Part shown: piece by piece, positions 40,261 to 51,000 of the stretch
Layout of the letters: each line of letters opens with the position of its first letter
Numbering within the stretch: position 1 is the first letter of the stretch
Assembly: GCA_965263355.1 (NCBI GenBank)
Contig: CBDHHL010000056.1
Span: forward strand, 2,400,001 to 2,464,000
DNA: 64,000 bases
Direction of reading: 5' to 3'
Source of the DNA: Leptolyngbyaceae cyanobacterium
GTDB taxonomy: Bacteria; Cyanobacteriota; Cyanobacteriia; Phormidesmidales; Phormidesmidaceae
Notes under the pieces: model-generated
Told to the model about the DNA's origin: nothing
What the model saw: only the letters and a program-made list of their open reading frames with translations
Databases searched by the model: none
Position numbers and translations under genes: made by a program

Positions 40261-42030
40261 CTACGGTTGAAGCTCCGCACCTTCTTTATCCAAATACGCT
40301 TTTGCCTTTTGCGGCTGCCCCCAAAGCACTTGCTCGTGTTTATAAATCACCATGCCAGGACGGGCTCCTTTAGGTTTATAAACATGTTTAGGTTTTGTGT
40401 AAACCACTGGCACCTGCTCAGATTGACGTGCCCGACTAAACCAAGCAGCAATATTAGCGGCAAACGCCAGCTCATTATCACTGGCCTCAGCTCCAGGAGC
40501 CAAACGAAGGAGGACATGACTACCAGGAATTTCCTGGGTGTGAAGCCATATGTCATAGTCGTTAGCAGCCTTAAACGACAGAGCTTCGTTTTGGTTATTG
40601 TTGCGCCCTACCCAAACCTCAGTACCGTTAGGGGTTTGCAACTTATAGAAGTTGGGCAACTGATCCCGACCACGCTGTTTCTGACGCTGATAGGGGTTCT
40701 CTAGATACCCCTGTTGCACAAGTTCATCACGAATTTCCTCAAGCGCCGTAAGATCGTCAGCTTGGCCATAGCTTTCCGTCTGAGTTAGCGCCGATTCTAC
40801 CTGCTCAAGATAGAGCAGTTCGGTTTCCACCTCTTCAAGCAAGGGCATTACAGCATCACGGGTACGCTTAAGTTTTTGGTGACGCTTATAAAATGCCTGG
40901 GCATTTTGCACTGCATTTTTCTCAGGGTTCAGGGCCAAGGTCACCGGTTCTCCTGATTCAAAATCCTGCAGCTGAATCGACGACATACCCGGCTGCCATT
41001 CATGGAGATAGGCCATGAGTAAATCAGCCTTTAGCCGATAGCGTTCAGCCTGGTCAGAATCCTCCAGACGCTGATGAAAATTAGCAGCTTTTTGACGCAG
41101 CTTACCTATCAGGGTTTTCACTTTTTGGCGCAGCTGATGATGCAGCTGAGAAAAAAACTGCTGATTGAGATGGGTGGTGTAATAATCATTCAACAGCTCT
41201 TGAATAGAGCCTGGAAAATCCCCTCCTACAGATGACGCAGTCCAGCCCAAAACTGTATATCCCTGATGCGTATAGGTCGGTTGAAAATCGTTTTTCTCTA
41301 AGCATTGCAACCAACGTTGCCACTGTAGATATAACTGCTGCCAATCATCTGTCGTCAAACTGTCGGTGGTTTGATTAGGTCCCAGATTCGCAGCATAGCT
41401 CAGCTGCTTAGCCAGGGCAGTACTCAGACCGCTATAGCTTTTCACCATCATTTTGCTCAACTTACCAGGCACCAAACTAATCCGCTCTTGCCAGTCGACA
41501 AATGACTCATCCAAACGGGGCAACGTCCCTACAATGGTTGGTGGTGGCTTGTATGGCCCACCGGTACGAATCGTACGAACACTGGACTGCTGTTCATTCA
41601 CCTGATGGGCTGCCGTGATAATCTCTTGCCGAGCATTAGTCAATAAAACATTGCTATATTTCCCCATAATCTCCACATAAAGATGCCATTCTGCAGATTC
41701 ATCAGGACGACGAGCAAACTGCAAATCAATCGCACGCTCCCAAGGTGCAAGAAATTCAATCTTGGTCAGGGCCAGCCCCCTAAATTGATGTTTTAATTGC
41801 TGACTAAATGTAAAGGTATCGGGATGTTTGGGAGGAGCAGCTCCTATATGGATGCGAGCGGCTTGAGGATGCCAGGAAATAATTAGCCAACCCCGTCGGT
41901 CAAATGTACGTAACCCCAAACAAATAGTGTTACGATCTTGTTGCACTACTTGTTCACAACGAGCAGGCAACCATTCGGTGGCTAGCTCATTACATACTGC
42001 CCTAAGGGTTGTTATATCAACCGGCTGCAC
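40261..42030 (-). CDS. rqcH: NFACT / RqcH (FbpA-like) ribosome quality-control protein
   Basis: MQPVD..TL, WER, LYVEIMGKYSN, NAQAFYKRHQKLKR, VGRNNNQNE, WLHTQEIPGSHV. Confidence 0.9.
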   Translation of the reverse strand: MQPVDITTLRAVCNELATEWLPARCEQVVQQDRNTICLGLRTFDRRGWLIISWHPQAARIHIGAAPPKHPDTFTFSQQLKHQFRGLALTKIEFLAPWERAIDLQFARRPDESAEWHLYVEIMGKYSNVLLTNARQEIITAAHQVNEQQSSVRTIRTGGPYKPPPTIVGTLPRLDESFVDWQERISLVPGKLSKMMVKSYSGLSTALAKQLSYAANLGPNQTTDSLTTDDWQQLYLQWQRWLQCLEKNDFQPTYTHQGYTVLGWTASSVGGDFPGSIQELLNDYYTTHLNQQFFSQLHHQLRQKVKTLIGKLRQKAANFHQRLEDSDQAERYRLKADLLMAYLHEWQPGMSSIQLQDFESGEPVTLALNPEKNAVQNAQAFYKRHQKLKRTRDAVMPLLEEVETELLYLEQVESALTQTESYGQADDLTALEEIRDELVQQGYLENPYQRQKQRGRDQLPNFYKLQTPNGTEVWVGRNNNQNEALSFKAANDYDIWLHTQEIPGSHVLLRLAPGAEASDNELAFAANIAAWFSRARQSEQVPVVYTKPKHVYKPKGARPGMVIYKHEQVLWGQPQKAKAYLDKEGAELQP

Positions 42031-42313
42031 TTTTTATCCTCAGTTATCAGTGATTTTGCAAATTTATGAATGATTTAGCGATTTTTTTGTTCTCTTTAAC
42101 CACGAGGTGGGCAATCTAAAGCTGGGTTAATACAGACAAAATTCTTCATTTTCAATGGTTACGCCTCATTTTTCTCATGTTTAATCGCTTTTTTTTCGTT
42201 AACATTTCGGTAACAGGATTTAGTCATTTACGCAATTGAGATAACACTTTTTTGCGCACAGTAGCTCTTGCTGCTTTTCAGGTTTTATGTATTGAATGCT
42301 TGCTTTCAAAACT

Positions 42314-42571
42314 ATGGACATTAAGCTTATCAATATTGGCTTTGGCAATATCGTATCTGCGAATCGCGTTGTGGCTATTGTTAGCCCTGAGTCTGCCCCC
42401 ATCAAACGCCTGATTGGCGATGCTCGCGACACAGGACAACTGGTTGATGCGACCTATGGTAGACGCACTCGAGCTGTAATTGTGACTGATTCAGACCATG
42501 TGATCTTATCGGCTCTGCAGCCTGAGACAGTAGCAAATCGCTTTATGATCAGTAAAGAGAATGGTGATTGA
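42314..42571 (+). CDS. remA: RemA / DUF370 family protein
   Basis: [28 protein letters not shown]...[12 protein letters not shown]...SALQPETV. Confidence 0.93.
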   Translation: MDIKLINIGFGNIVSANRVVAIVSPESAPIKRLIGDARDTGQLVDATYGRRTRAVIVTDSDHVILSALQPETVANRFMISKENGD

Positions 42572-42607
42572 TTACCATAGACTGCCGGATGTATAACAGT
42601 CCCATAG

Positions 42608-42643
42608 ATGTCATTGGCTGCGACTACGCTCAGTCAACGACAT
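42608..42643. repeat. Degenerate CGACnnCGCTCAG REP-like hairpin
   Basis: atgtcattggctg-cgactacgct-cagtcaacgacat. Confidence 0.55.
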
Positions 42644-42751
42644 TTATTATGCAAAAAGGGACGATTACATTCAGTTCACAGCCCTTGATAAAGACTTGAG
42701 CGGTTTACACTAAAGACATTAGTAATAATGCCACCAAGATTGCATTTGCAG

Positions 42752-43183
42752 ATGTCCGTTAATTCCGCTCGTCCACCAGCTTTAGACAAAATTGTTAAAC
42801 GCTTTCAACGGATTCAAGATCCACGCCGTCGCTATGAGCAGCTCCTATGGTATGCCAAGCGTCTAGAAGGGTTTCCGGAAGAAGCTAAAATACCTGACAA
42901 CAAGGTAAAAGGCTGTGTTTCTCAGGTGTACATTGCTGCTAAGGCTGATGATGAAGGTCATGTTAGTTTTCAGGGTGACTCGGATGCGCAAATTACTAAA
43001 GGGTTAGTGGCTTTATTGATTGAGGGTCTTCAAGGGCTACCACCGCAGGATATCGTACAGCTGGAACCCGATTTTATTAAAGAGACACAGCTAGATGTAA
43101 GCCTGACGCCATCGCGTGCCAATGGGTTTTACAACATCTTTAAAACAATGCAGCAGAAGGCGTTGGCATTGATGGGTGAATAA
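42752..43183 (+). CDS. sufE: Fe-S cluster sulfur acceptor SufE
   Basis: RYEQLL, KVKGCVSQVY, GDSDAQITKGL, LTPSRANG. Confidence 0.95.
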   Translation: MSVNSARPPALDKIVKRFQRIQDPRRRYEQLLWYAKRLEGFPEEAKIPDNKVKGCVSQVYIAAKADDEGHVSFQGDSDAQITKGLVALLIEGLQGLPPQDIVQLEPDFIKETQLDVSLTPSRANGFYNIFKTMQQKALALMGE

Positions 43184-43186
43184 CCT

Positions 43187-43213
43187 GTAGGGGCGTTGCA
43201 TGCAACGCCCCTA
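43187..43213. repeat. GTAG-type REP palindrome
   Basis: G-TAGGGGCGTTGCA|TGCAACGCCCCTA, a perfect 26-bp palindrome between convergent genes. Confidence 0.8.
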
Positions 43214-43227
43214 GACAATTTTTCAGA

Positions 43228-43743
43228 TTAGGAATAAAAATCTGACGCAAACTCATCACTATAGAAATCATCGGCGTCATTATCGTAATTATCCTCATCA
43301 GGTAGTTGGGTACCGATGCCAAAGGCTGCCAACAATCCTGCATTCTCAGCCGTGGAATCCAGCACATTGGCCTGGAGTTCATGCCATACCGGAGCGGCTA
43401 CGACCAAGAGCTGTCGACCTTGAGGCGTAGCCTTGAGGGATTGACTACGTTTATCTTTGCCAGGTCCGATGTCAATCCAGCCATGTTTGTGCATGCGGTC
43501 AATGGTGCGACTCACTGTAGATTTTTCCATACCTAGCATTTGCCCCAACTGACTGGGTGGAATAGGCCCCCGACTCACAATCGTCGCCAGAATGTTGAGC
43601 TGGTTGACGGTAAACCCCAGGGGACGTAATGCCTCATCATAGAGCCGAGTCACCATGCGATTAAGCTGCCGTAATCGCATAGCAATACAGTTATTGGTCA
43701 TCTGGCGAGCAATTTCTTTGGGAGTACCGTAGGTCACCGACAT
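43228..43743 (-). CDS. MarR family transcriptional regulator with an acidic tail
   Basis: CIAMRLR...YDEALRPLGFTVNQ...LGMEKSTVSR...GWI...DKR...TPQG. Confidence 0.93.
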   Translation of the reverse strand: MSVTYGTPKEIARQMTNNCIAMRLRQLNRMVTRLYDEALRPLGFTVNQLNILATIVSRGPIPPSQLGQMLGMEKSTVSRTIDRMHKHGWIDIGPGKDKRSQSLKATPQGRQLLVVAAPVWHELQANVLDSTAENAGLLAAFGIGTQLPDEDNYDNDADDFYSDEFASDFYS

Positions 43744-43788
43744 AGGTTAAAGGCATAGGCATCGACTTAGGTAATTTTTTCATCCAAT

Positions 43789-43806
43789 TGGTTGTATATT
43801 CAACTA
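43789..43806. promoter_or_regulatory. Imperfect palindrome, candidate MarR operator
   Basis: tgGTTGtatattCAACta between divergent marR and tauE-like genes. Confidence 0.4.
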
Positions 43807-43941
43807 TTCACGCTAAAAATATTTTTAATTAGCAAATTGTCATCACTCCTTAATCCTTAGGCAAATATTCGGTTTTTACATAGAGTCATTTTTCTTAATA
43901 ATCAGTAAGATCTAGTGAGTACGTAATCATGGCATGACCTT

Positions 43942-44676
43942 ATGGATATCCTCGATGCCAGCATCGCTGACAGTCTCTGGATCGGCTTAATTTTAGGTCT
44001 GGCTGCTTTAGTTCACAGCCTCACAGGTTTTGGATTTGCGCTGGTCTCAGTATCGCTACTACCGTTTTTTATGGAGCTGCGGTTGGCAGTTACTTTAGTG
44101 ATCGCTATTGGTCTGCTTAGCAATCTTGTCCTTTGGTGGTATTACCGGGATAGTTTTGAATGGTCGCGTATTGTCCATCTATCAGCAGCGGCTCTAGTGA
44201 CCATTCCTGTGGGAGTTCTAGGACTGCATTATGTGCCGGAGCATTTAGCGCTACAGGTCTTAGGTGCTATGGTGCTGACCTATGTGGCTTACTCGTTGCT
44301 GCAGCTATCGTTACCAAAGTTAACCAGCAGATCCTGGGCCTATGCCTTTGGTGCTGCCTCCGGGGTGCTGACTGGAGCATTTAATATTGGCGGCCCACCC
44401 ATTGTCATCTATGGCAATTGCAACCAGTGGAGTCCCCAGCAGTTCAAAGGCAATGTACCGGGGGTAATCTGCGTATTGTCTTCGGTTGCGATCGCAACTC
44501 ATCTCTGGCAAGGCGACTTTAGCGCCGACCTATTTACCCAGGTCGGCTATGCAGCGCCTTTCTTTGCCACGGGTCTAGGCCTTGGGCTTTGGCTCTCCAA
44601 ATATATTGATGCCGCTAGCTTTCGTCAGCTAGTTCTGGTCTTGCTAGGCATCATTGGTTGCAAGCTGCTGGTTTAG
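43942..44676 (+). CDS. TauE/SafE family (sulfite exporter-like) membrane protein
   Basis: TGFGFALV and GAASGVLTGAFNIGGPPIVIY. Confidence 0.92.
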   Translation: MDILDASIADSLWIGLILGLAALVHSLTGFGFALVSVSLLPFFMELRLAVTLVIAIGLLSNLVLWWYYRDSFEWSRIVHLSAAALVTIPVGVLGLHYVPEHLALQVLGAMVLTYVAYSLLQLSLPKLTSRSWAYAFGAASGVLTGAFNIGGPPIVIYGNCNQWSPQQFKGNVPGVICVLSSVAIATHLWQGDFSADLFTQVGYAAPFFATGLGLGLWLSKYIDAASFRQLVLVLLGIIGCKLLV

Positions 44677-46157
44677 TTATCCCCCTGAGTGTCAGGAATG
44701 TCGGGAGTGGCATCAATAATTTCGTCACTAATGACTTCTACCTCAGGCTTCGCATCAGGGATATCATCCGTAGCTGTAGCTGGTACGTCCAAGTCGGAGT
44801 CTACCTCAGTGGGTTCAATCTCCACAGGTTCAACATCAAAGGGGGGATTATCCCTGAGGTTGTCTCGTAAGGTATCGCCAACATCGACAGAATCCTCATC
44901 GGGTTCAGTGACCTGAGTCTCTTCTGGAGGATTATCTAAACTGAGTCTAGCTACTTGACCACGAAAATAAGCTTCACGATATTTGAGGGATTCCGCAAAG
45001 GCCACCCCAGCTCGAAAGGCAATCCGAGCATTTTCAGTATCGTCAATGCTGAGGTACAGCTGTCCTAAACGGTCATAGGCGTCTAAAATGCCGTGATGAT
45101 TATAGGCTTGCTGTTCAGCCCGCACCAACAAGTTATACATAGTGAGCGCTTCATTGGTCAGGCCTTGCTCAGCATATAAGTCACCCAGGTCCTTGAGTAC
45201 CGTGCTCACATGACCATAAAGCTGCAGGCTTTGAGCGGTCACATAGGCCAAGTTGTAATATTCCAAAGCTTGGGGATAAATACCGATGGCCCGAAAATTG
45301 CGAGCCATGTCTATTTCTAGGGGGGGCTCTCGGTCGTTTTGGCCCGTAGACCTGTACAGCCTAAGCAGCTCAGTTTGCACAGGCAGTACCTGGGCATAGT
45401 CCTTGGCTTGCTGATAGCTATAGATCAGATCTTTCAGGTATTGGGTTTGCTCTACTGTATTGCCCTCAAGTTTGGCATTAGCCGCAAGCTGGGTATATAG
45501 CTGAGCGGCATTATCAAAATCAAACCACTGTAAATAGTGACTGGCCAATACAACGACCCAACTTTGCCGAGTGGGTTCATCATTTGCCGTCATCTCAATC
45601 AACTGTTGATAAATCTCCGTTGAGGTATCGCGCATCCTCAAGGTTTGGGCAATGGTGGCAATGGTTTCCACCCGCTCTAATGTGGCTGTCTCCTTTTCTG
45701 CGGCCCAAATGCGTTTTAGCCTGACCGCCATCAGACGAACTTCTTGCGATCGCTGAGCATTCCACGCCTGCTGACCAATCCGATTCAGCGCCTCTAGTTC
45801 AGCCTCTAACCCAAATAAACGACGTAGCTGCACCTCTCGCATCCATAGCTCAAACGCAGCATCCGGCTGGTCAACTAGCAGCAACTCTCGGGCCTGGGCA
45901 TCCATCTGAAAAAGCTCTAGCTCTAATTCATAAAGCTCCAGAGGACTGAGGGGACGCTCGACCACCGTCGTCGGCAGCAGCGGATCCCTGGGCTCCGCTT
46001 CCAGCGGATTTGTCAGAAACGCATCGAGCAACACCGGATCCAACCGCTGACCATAGGCAGGCAGTGACATTAGACAGAACGCCAATACGCTCCCTGCCAA
46101 TCGCTTGCTGTAGGACTGCAACCACCTCAGATTTTGGCAATTAAAATAAACACTCAT
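44673..46157 (-). CDS. Exported TPR-repeat protein with an acidic C-terminal tail
   Basis: Signal peptide (AYG); repeats such as LGDLYAEQG...AL..Y and LGQLY. Confidence 0.8.
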   Translation of the reverse strand: MSVYFNCQNLRWLQSYSKRLAGSVLAFCLMSLPAYGQRLDPVLLDAFLTNPLEAEPRDPLLPTTVVERPLSPLELYELELELFQMDAQARELLLVDQPDAAFELWMREVQLRRLFGLEAELEALNRIGQQAWNAQRSQEVRLMAVRLKRIWAAEKETATLERVETIATIAQTLRMRDTSTEIYQQLIEMTANDEPTRQSWVVVLASHYLQWFDFDNAAQLYTQLAANAKLEGNTVEQTQYLKDLIYSYQQAKDYAQVLPVQTELLRLYRSTGQNDREPPLEIDMARNFRAIGIYPQALEYYNLAYVTAQSLQLYGHVSTVLKDLGDLYAEQGLTNEALTMYNLLVRAEQQAYNHHGILDAYDRLGQLYLSIDDTENARIAFRAGVAFAESLKYREAYFRGQVARLSLDNPPEETQVTEPDEDSVDVGDTLRDNLRDNPPFDVEPVEIEPTEVDSDLDVPATATDDIPDAKPEVEVISDEIIDATPDIPDTQGDN

Positions 46158-46285
46158 TTACAGAACTTTGTACTCTCGCGGCTTTGCGACCTGGTGCGGT
46201 CATCTGTGCTGTAATCTTAAGATCCTGTGTAATTCTTTTGTCAGCAAGCTTTGCTGGCTGCTTAACCATAACAAATCTGTTAACT

Positions 46286-47242
46286 ATGTCCCCAAATGTA
46301 GCAACCCGCACTATTCGGATTGGTTCTCGTAAAAGTCAGCTTGCCCTGGTGCAAACCCACTGGGTGCAGGGTGAGCTACAAAAACGCTTCCCTGAGATTA
46401 ACTTTGAAGTTAAAACCATGGAAACCCAAGGGGACAAAATTCTCGATGTTTCCCTTTCCAAAATTGGCGACAAAGGTCTCTTTACCCAAGAGTTAGAAGA
46501 CGACATGCTAAACGGCACCGTCGATTTTGCCGTGCACTCCCTCAAGGATTTACCCACCCGTCTACCTGAAGGCCTGATGTTAGGGTGTGTCACCGAGCGC
46601 GAAGACCCTGCCGATGCCTTGGTAGTGCACGAAAATCACGCGGGCAAAACCCTAGATCAGCTACCGGAAGGGGCTATCATTGGGACCTCTTCCTTACGTC
46701 GTCTAGCCCAGCTACGGCATCACTATCCTTCGTTTCAGTTCAAAGACATTCGTGGCAACCTGAATACGCGTCTGCGCAAACTGGATGAAGGCCAGTACGA
46801 CGCCATTATTTTGGCAGTGGCTGGCCTCAAGCGTTTAGAAATGGCTGATCGGATTCAGCAGGTCGTTCCTGCCGAGATATCGCTCCATGCTGTCGGGCAG
46901 GGGGCCTTGGGGATTGAGTGCCGCAGTGGAGATGACGATATTCTGGCGGTGATTAAAACGCTAGAACATCTACCCACGGCCCAGCGCTGTTATGCAGAGC
47001 GGGCATTTTTGCGTGAGCTAGAGGGCGGTTGTCAGGTGCCCATCGGCGTTAATACGGTGATTGAGGACGACACCCTTACTCTGACTGGCATTGTGGCGAG
47101 CCTGGATGGTCAAACCTTAGTAAAAGATACGATTGCAGGGCCAGTTGACACTGCAGATGCCATGGGTACGACGTTGGCAAAGCGGGCTAAGGAAGCCGGA
47201 GCCCAAGGGATTTTGGATGCGATCGCAGCCGAAAACCGTTAA
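46286..47242 (+). CDS. hemC: Porphobilinogen deaminase (hydroxymethylbilane synthase)
   Basis: [53 protein letters not shown]. Confidence 0.98.
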   Translation: MSPNVATRTIRIGSRKSQLALVQTHWVQGELQKRFPEINFEVKTMETQGDKILDVSLSKIGDKGLFTQELEDDMLNGTVDFAVHSLKDLPTRLPEGLMLGCVTEREDPADALVVHENHAGKTLDQLPEGAIIGTSSLRRLAQLRHHYPSFQFKDIRGNLNTRLRKLDEGQYDAIILAVAGLKRLEMADRIQQVVPAEISLHAVGQGALGIECRSGDDDILAVIKTLEHLPTAQRCYAERAFLRELEGGCQVPIGVNTVIEDDTLTLTGIVASLDGQTLVKDTIAGPVDTADAMGTTLAKRAKEAGAQGILDAIAAENR

Positions 47243-47277
47243 TTCTGCCTACGTTCATATTCAAAATATTAGGTCCC

Positions 47278-47315
47278 ATCCTGTAGAGGCGTTGCCTGCA
47301 ACGCCTCTACAGGAT
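47278..47315. repeat. GTAG-type REP hairpin
   Basis: atcctGTAGaggcgttgc-ct-gcaacgcctCTACaggat; the same gcgttgc..gcaacgc core as at 43187. Confidence 0.8.
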
Positions 47316-47440
47316 ATGAAAGGCCTAGATTGCTGCGAATTAATCCCCCTTCCGTAGGCTGCAGCACTATGCACAGAGCCAATCCCCCACTAGACTTGAT
47401 CCGTGGAGGATGGATGTTTCATCGGGGCAACAGAGACGAC

Positions 47441-48868
47441 ATGCGAATTTTATTTGTGGCAGCAGAGGCCGCACCCTTAGCAAAAGTAGGTGGCATGGGG
47501 GATGTGGTCGGCACACTCCCCAAAATACTGCGGGCCATGGGGCACGATGTGCGGATCTTTATGCCTTACTACGGCACCATGGCCAAAAAAGTGGACGTCC
47601 CCAAACAGCCAGTTTGGTCTGGCGATGCCATGGTCACACCGTTTGACGTCCATGAAACTGTCCTGCCCAAATCCGATGTTCCCCTCTATCTATTTAGTCA
47701 TCCGGCCTTTGCAATTGATCAAATATATGGCACTGCAGATGAAGAATGGCGGTTTACCTTCTTTGCCAATGGGGCGTCCGAATTCTGCACTAAGCACTGG
47801 AAACCGGATATTGTTCACTGCCATGATTGGCATACGGGCATGATTCCGGTCTGGCTGCACCAGACTCCCGACATCTCCACTGTATTTACTATCCATAATC
47901 TCGCCTATCAAGGCCCCTGGCGCTGGAAGCTAGAGCAAATGACCTGGTGTCCTGGGTATATGCAGGGGGAAAGCACGATGTCTGCGGCTCTGCTTCACGC
48001 TGATTGGGTCAATGCTGTATCCCCCACCTATGCTCGGCAGATTCAAACCAAAGAATACGGTGAAACCCTAGAAGGGCTGCTGTCGTTCATTAGTAAGAAG
48101 CTCAGTGGCATTGTCAACGGCATTGATCTGGATGCGTTTAATCCTGAAACGGATGAGAGAATTGCCCAAACTTACACAGCAGAGACGTTAGAAAAGCGAG
48201 CTGTCAATAAAAAGGCACTCCAAACCGAAATGGGTTTGGACATTGATGATGACCTCTTTCTGATTGGTCTGGTTAGCCGTCTGGTCGAACAAAAGGGCAT
48301 TGACCTGATTTTGCAGACCATGGACCGCTTTTTGGCATATACCGATGCGCAGGTAGTGATATTGGGGTCTGGCGATCGCACTTATGAAACCCAACTGTTA
48401 GAACTCTCCAGTCGTTTCCCTGGTCGAGTTTCGGCCTACATTATGTATAGCAGCCAGCTGGCCCAAAAAATCTATGCTGGGTCTGATGCATTTTTGATGC
48501 CATCTCGATTTGAGCCCTGTGGCATCAGTCAAATGATTGCCATGCGCTATGGTTGTATCCCCATTGTGCGCCATACAGGGGGTCTGGTAGATACGGTTAG
48601 CCAACATAACCCGCTCAAGGGCACCGGCACGGGTTACTGTTTTGATCGCTATGAGCCGTTGGAGCTGTTCACTTGCATGGTACGTGCCTGGGAAGGATTC
48701 CAGTACAAACCCTTCTGGAAAAAATTGCAACAGCGGGCGATGGCAGAAAACTTTAGCTGGGAAAATTCTGCCATAGAGTACATCAAACTCTACAGCGACC
48801 TCAAAGGCGTAAATCCGAACAGTCAAATCCCAGTAAAGCATGGAGGACTGCTAAAAGTTAGTCCATAG
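47441..48868 (+). CDS. glgA: Glycogen synthase
   Basis: MRILFVAAE..P..KVGGMGDV, HCHDWH, FTIHNLAYQG, VSRLVEQKG, MPSRFEPCGISQ. Confidence 0.98.
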   Translation: MRILFVAAEAAPLAKVGGMGDVVGTLPKILRAMGHDVRIFMPYYGTMAKKVDVPKQPVWSGDAMVTPFDVHETVLPKSDVPLYLFSHPAFAIDQIYGTADEEWRFTFFANGASEFCTKHWKPDIVHCHDWHTGMIPVWLHQTPDISTVFTIHNLAYQGPWRWKLEQMTWCPGYMQGESTMSAALLHADWVNAVSPTYARQIQTKEYGETLEGLLSFISKKLSGIVNGIDLDAFNPETDERIAQTYTAETLEKRAVNKKALQTEMGLDIDDDLFLIGLVSRLVEQKGIDLILQTMDRFLAYTDAQVVILGSGDRTYETQLLELSSRFPGRVSAYIMYSSQLAQKIYAGSDAFLMPSRFEPCGISQMIAMRYGCIPIVRHTGGLVDTVSQHNPLKGTGTGYCFDRYEPLELFTCMVRAWEGFQYKPFWKKLQQRAMAENFSWENSAIEYIKLYSDLKGVNPNSQIPVKHGGLLKVSP

Positions 48869-48948
48869 CACAAGAGATTTTTTCCCTTGTACTACACCAG
48901 ATGAGACGCTCTAGGACAGAGCAATCAATTAAATCCAATCTCAGAACC

Positions 48949-48990
48949 AATAGTTATAGGACTTCGACTCCGCGCAGTCCTATAACTATT
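48949..48990. repeat. CTTCGACTCCGC(T/G)CAG REP-like hairpin with a 15-bp stem
   Basis: aatagttataggact-tcgactccgcgc-agtcctataactatt, between convergent genes. Confidence 0.75.
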
Positions 48991-49003
48991 AACCAGCAAA
49001 ATG

Positions 49004-50239
49004 TTAGTGCTTAAAGTTAGCAAAACTACCACTCTCACAACCCGTTAGTTTCTCCAAAATAGCTTGGGCAGAAGTATCCTCACCCTGGCGAATCTGTTGT
49101 GTCATCGCAATATTGATCAACTCCATACCCAGGCGTACCCAGTAAGCCCCTGTGACCGACTCAAAATCTACAGGTGGCATTTGCTCCGCATAGCTTTGAT
49201 CCAACTCCAGCTTTAACGTTTCACTTAGCTGACGAACTACATATTGTCGCTGGGGTGGAGCCTGATCTAGCCAAGCCGTTATCGGCTGAGCAAAGATAGC
49301 ATCGATCTCTGCTTCGCTGGCCTGTTTTTGCAACCAGACCTCAACCGTAGAGACAGGCCAATCTGTTGTCTCTTCATCGACTTTTGCAAAGGCATGGGCC
49401 TCAGCATAGGAAACAGTCCCATCGGTGTTGTAATCTGCAGAAGCAACCGGTTTTCCTGTTCGATCAAGGCCACTGAGACCGGCAAAAAAGCTGGAGCTGT
49501 AGTCTCGATAATCAGCCTCATTCACCGCAGGAGTACACCCCACCGACGGACGCTCAGCGACGGTGGCAAAAAAACCACAGCGAGTCTGCAACGCAACCGG
49601 ATTGTCAGGATTACCCTGTTCATAGATGAGATTGGCAAAAGAGCCTGAAAAACATTGGGCCATCATGGTGACAAAGGGCTGAGCAGGGGGCAGTTGATCC
49701 AGCCAACCAGTCAGGTCTTGCACCGAAACCAATTTTTCTTCCCAAAGAATCATCGCATTGTTATCGGGATTCTCATTGTTATAGGCTCCATGCCCCGTGA
49801 AATAGAAAAACGCTGGGCATGGAGATGATTTCTTGGTTAGACGTTCAAACCAGGCTTGAGCATTTTCAACGGTGGCAGGGCCATCAAGGTGATCAATTTC
49901 GGGGGGTTTAAACTGCTCTTGCCCTACCAGGTTGAGATAACGCACCGTAGCTTCACCATCATTACCATTGGCAAAATACTGACGCGCATTACTGAGACTG
50001 ATACCCAGAGAACTCAGCGTGCGTTGAAAGTAACGCACATTTTTTTCAAGGGCAATTTCGTTGTAATAGGGGGCTCCCCCCCCGGCTAGCACCAAAAACT
50101 CCATGGGTACTGCTGCCGTTTGCACCACCGTAGGCTGATTGACTGTAGCGGCTTGCTTACTCCAGCCCAGCCCTAAGCCAATAGCGACCCCCATCAGACT
50201 AGTGGTCAATAGCTGAGTGAAAAATGATGATGGGCGCAT
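49004..50239 (-). CDS. Exported caspase/legumain-fold (clan CD) cysteine peptidase-like protein
   Basis: FFYFTGHG and VTMMAQCFSGSF (His-Gly / Cys dyad after hydrophobic strands); N-terminal signal or TM segment. Confidence 0.75.
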   Translation of the reverse strand: MRPSSFFTQLLTTSLMGVAIGLGLGWSKQAATVNQPTVVQTAAVPMEFLVLAGGGAPYYNEIALEKNVRYFQRTLSSLGISLSNARQYFANGNDGEATVRYLNLVGQEQFKPPEIDHLDGPATVENAQAWFERLTKKSSPCPAFFYFTGHGAYNNENPDNNAMILWEEKLVSVQDLTGWLDQLPPAQPFVTMMAQCFSGSFANLIYEQGNPDNPVALQTRCGFFATVAERPSVGCTPAVNEADYRDYSSSFFAGLSGLDRTGKPVASADYNTDGTVSYAEAHAFAKVDEETTDWPVSTVEVWLQKQASEAEIDAIFAQPITAWLDQAPPQRQYVVRQLSETLKLELDQSYAEQMPPVDFESVTGAYWVRLGMELINIAMTQQIRQGEDTSAQAILEKLTGCESGSFANFKH

Positions 50240-50436
50240 GGCAAGCAGTCAGTTACTTTTGTTTTATTTTAGGACGCGTTTTTTATATCGTTTGTGGCCA
50301 GGGCTCTAAACCATGCCTACCCAGGACCACCTAAAACAAAAATCAACCCCGACAACGTCAAGGTTGATGCGTTAATCAGCGACTGGAAAAAATCAGCCCT
50401 AACCCTCCACGGGATGGATAGAATTTTTATCCTGGG

Positions 50437-50868
50437 TTAAGCCACATAGCTATTGATGATTTGAGCCAGATCAGGAACAGCGGCTTCGACATCATTTTTT
50501 ACAGACTTGCGCAGTTTGTTATAGGTTGCGCTCACTACGCCATTGCTAGTTTTGGCAATGCGGGCATCGGTCACACTCAAGATGCTATCAGCGGTGCGAT
50601 CGCTATTGTCGCTTAAGTATTGGACCGGGTCACCGGCTTCAGCGCCCTCTTGCCAAATCGGGTCAAGCGCTTTTAGGGCATCGGGCAGTAATCGGTTAAT
50701 AGCACCAGGAATGTAGCCTGCGCCAATCCCTTTGATGACACCATAGGCAGCCTTCATTGCCATGCCACCGAGACCACCTTTAGCAGCTACTAGCTTATCG
50801 ATTAATTTGGCGCAATCATCAGCAATACTAGCGAGTACGGTTGCGTCTTGAAGTTTTTCACTCAACAT
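50437..50868 (-). CDS. Conserved hypothetical protein (DUF6918-like)
   Basis: DCAKLID..VAAKGGLGGMAMKAAY...LLP...ADSILSVTDAR...YNKLR...VEAAVP. Confidence 0.75.
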   Translation of the reverse strand: MLSEKLQDATVLASIADDCAKLIDKLVAAKGGLGGMAMKAAYGVIKGIGAGYIPGAINRLLPDALKALDPIWQEGAEAGDPVQYLSDNSDRTADSILSVTDARIAKTSNGVVSATYNKLRKSVKNDVEAAVPDLAQIINSYVA

Positions 50869-51000
50869 AAGGCTTTGCCCTAAATTATCAATATAAATTG
50901 GTCTAATTCCTAGAGAATTATAGACACCATCATTGTTCCAATATATCGATAGGTGTCAGACAACTTTGCGGGATCTTTACCCATCGTCATTCCCGTAGTA

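Noticed and set aside
42314..43183. remA followed by sufE rather than gmk
   Set aside because: Simple local gene-order variation; nothing in the sequence suggests a functional consequence.
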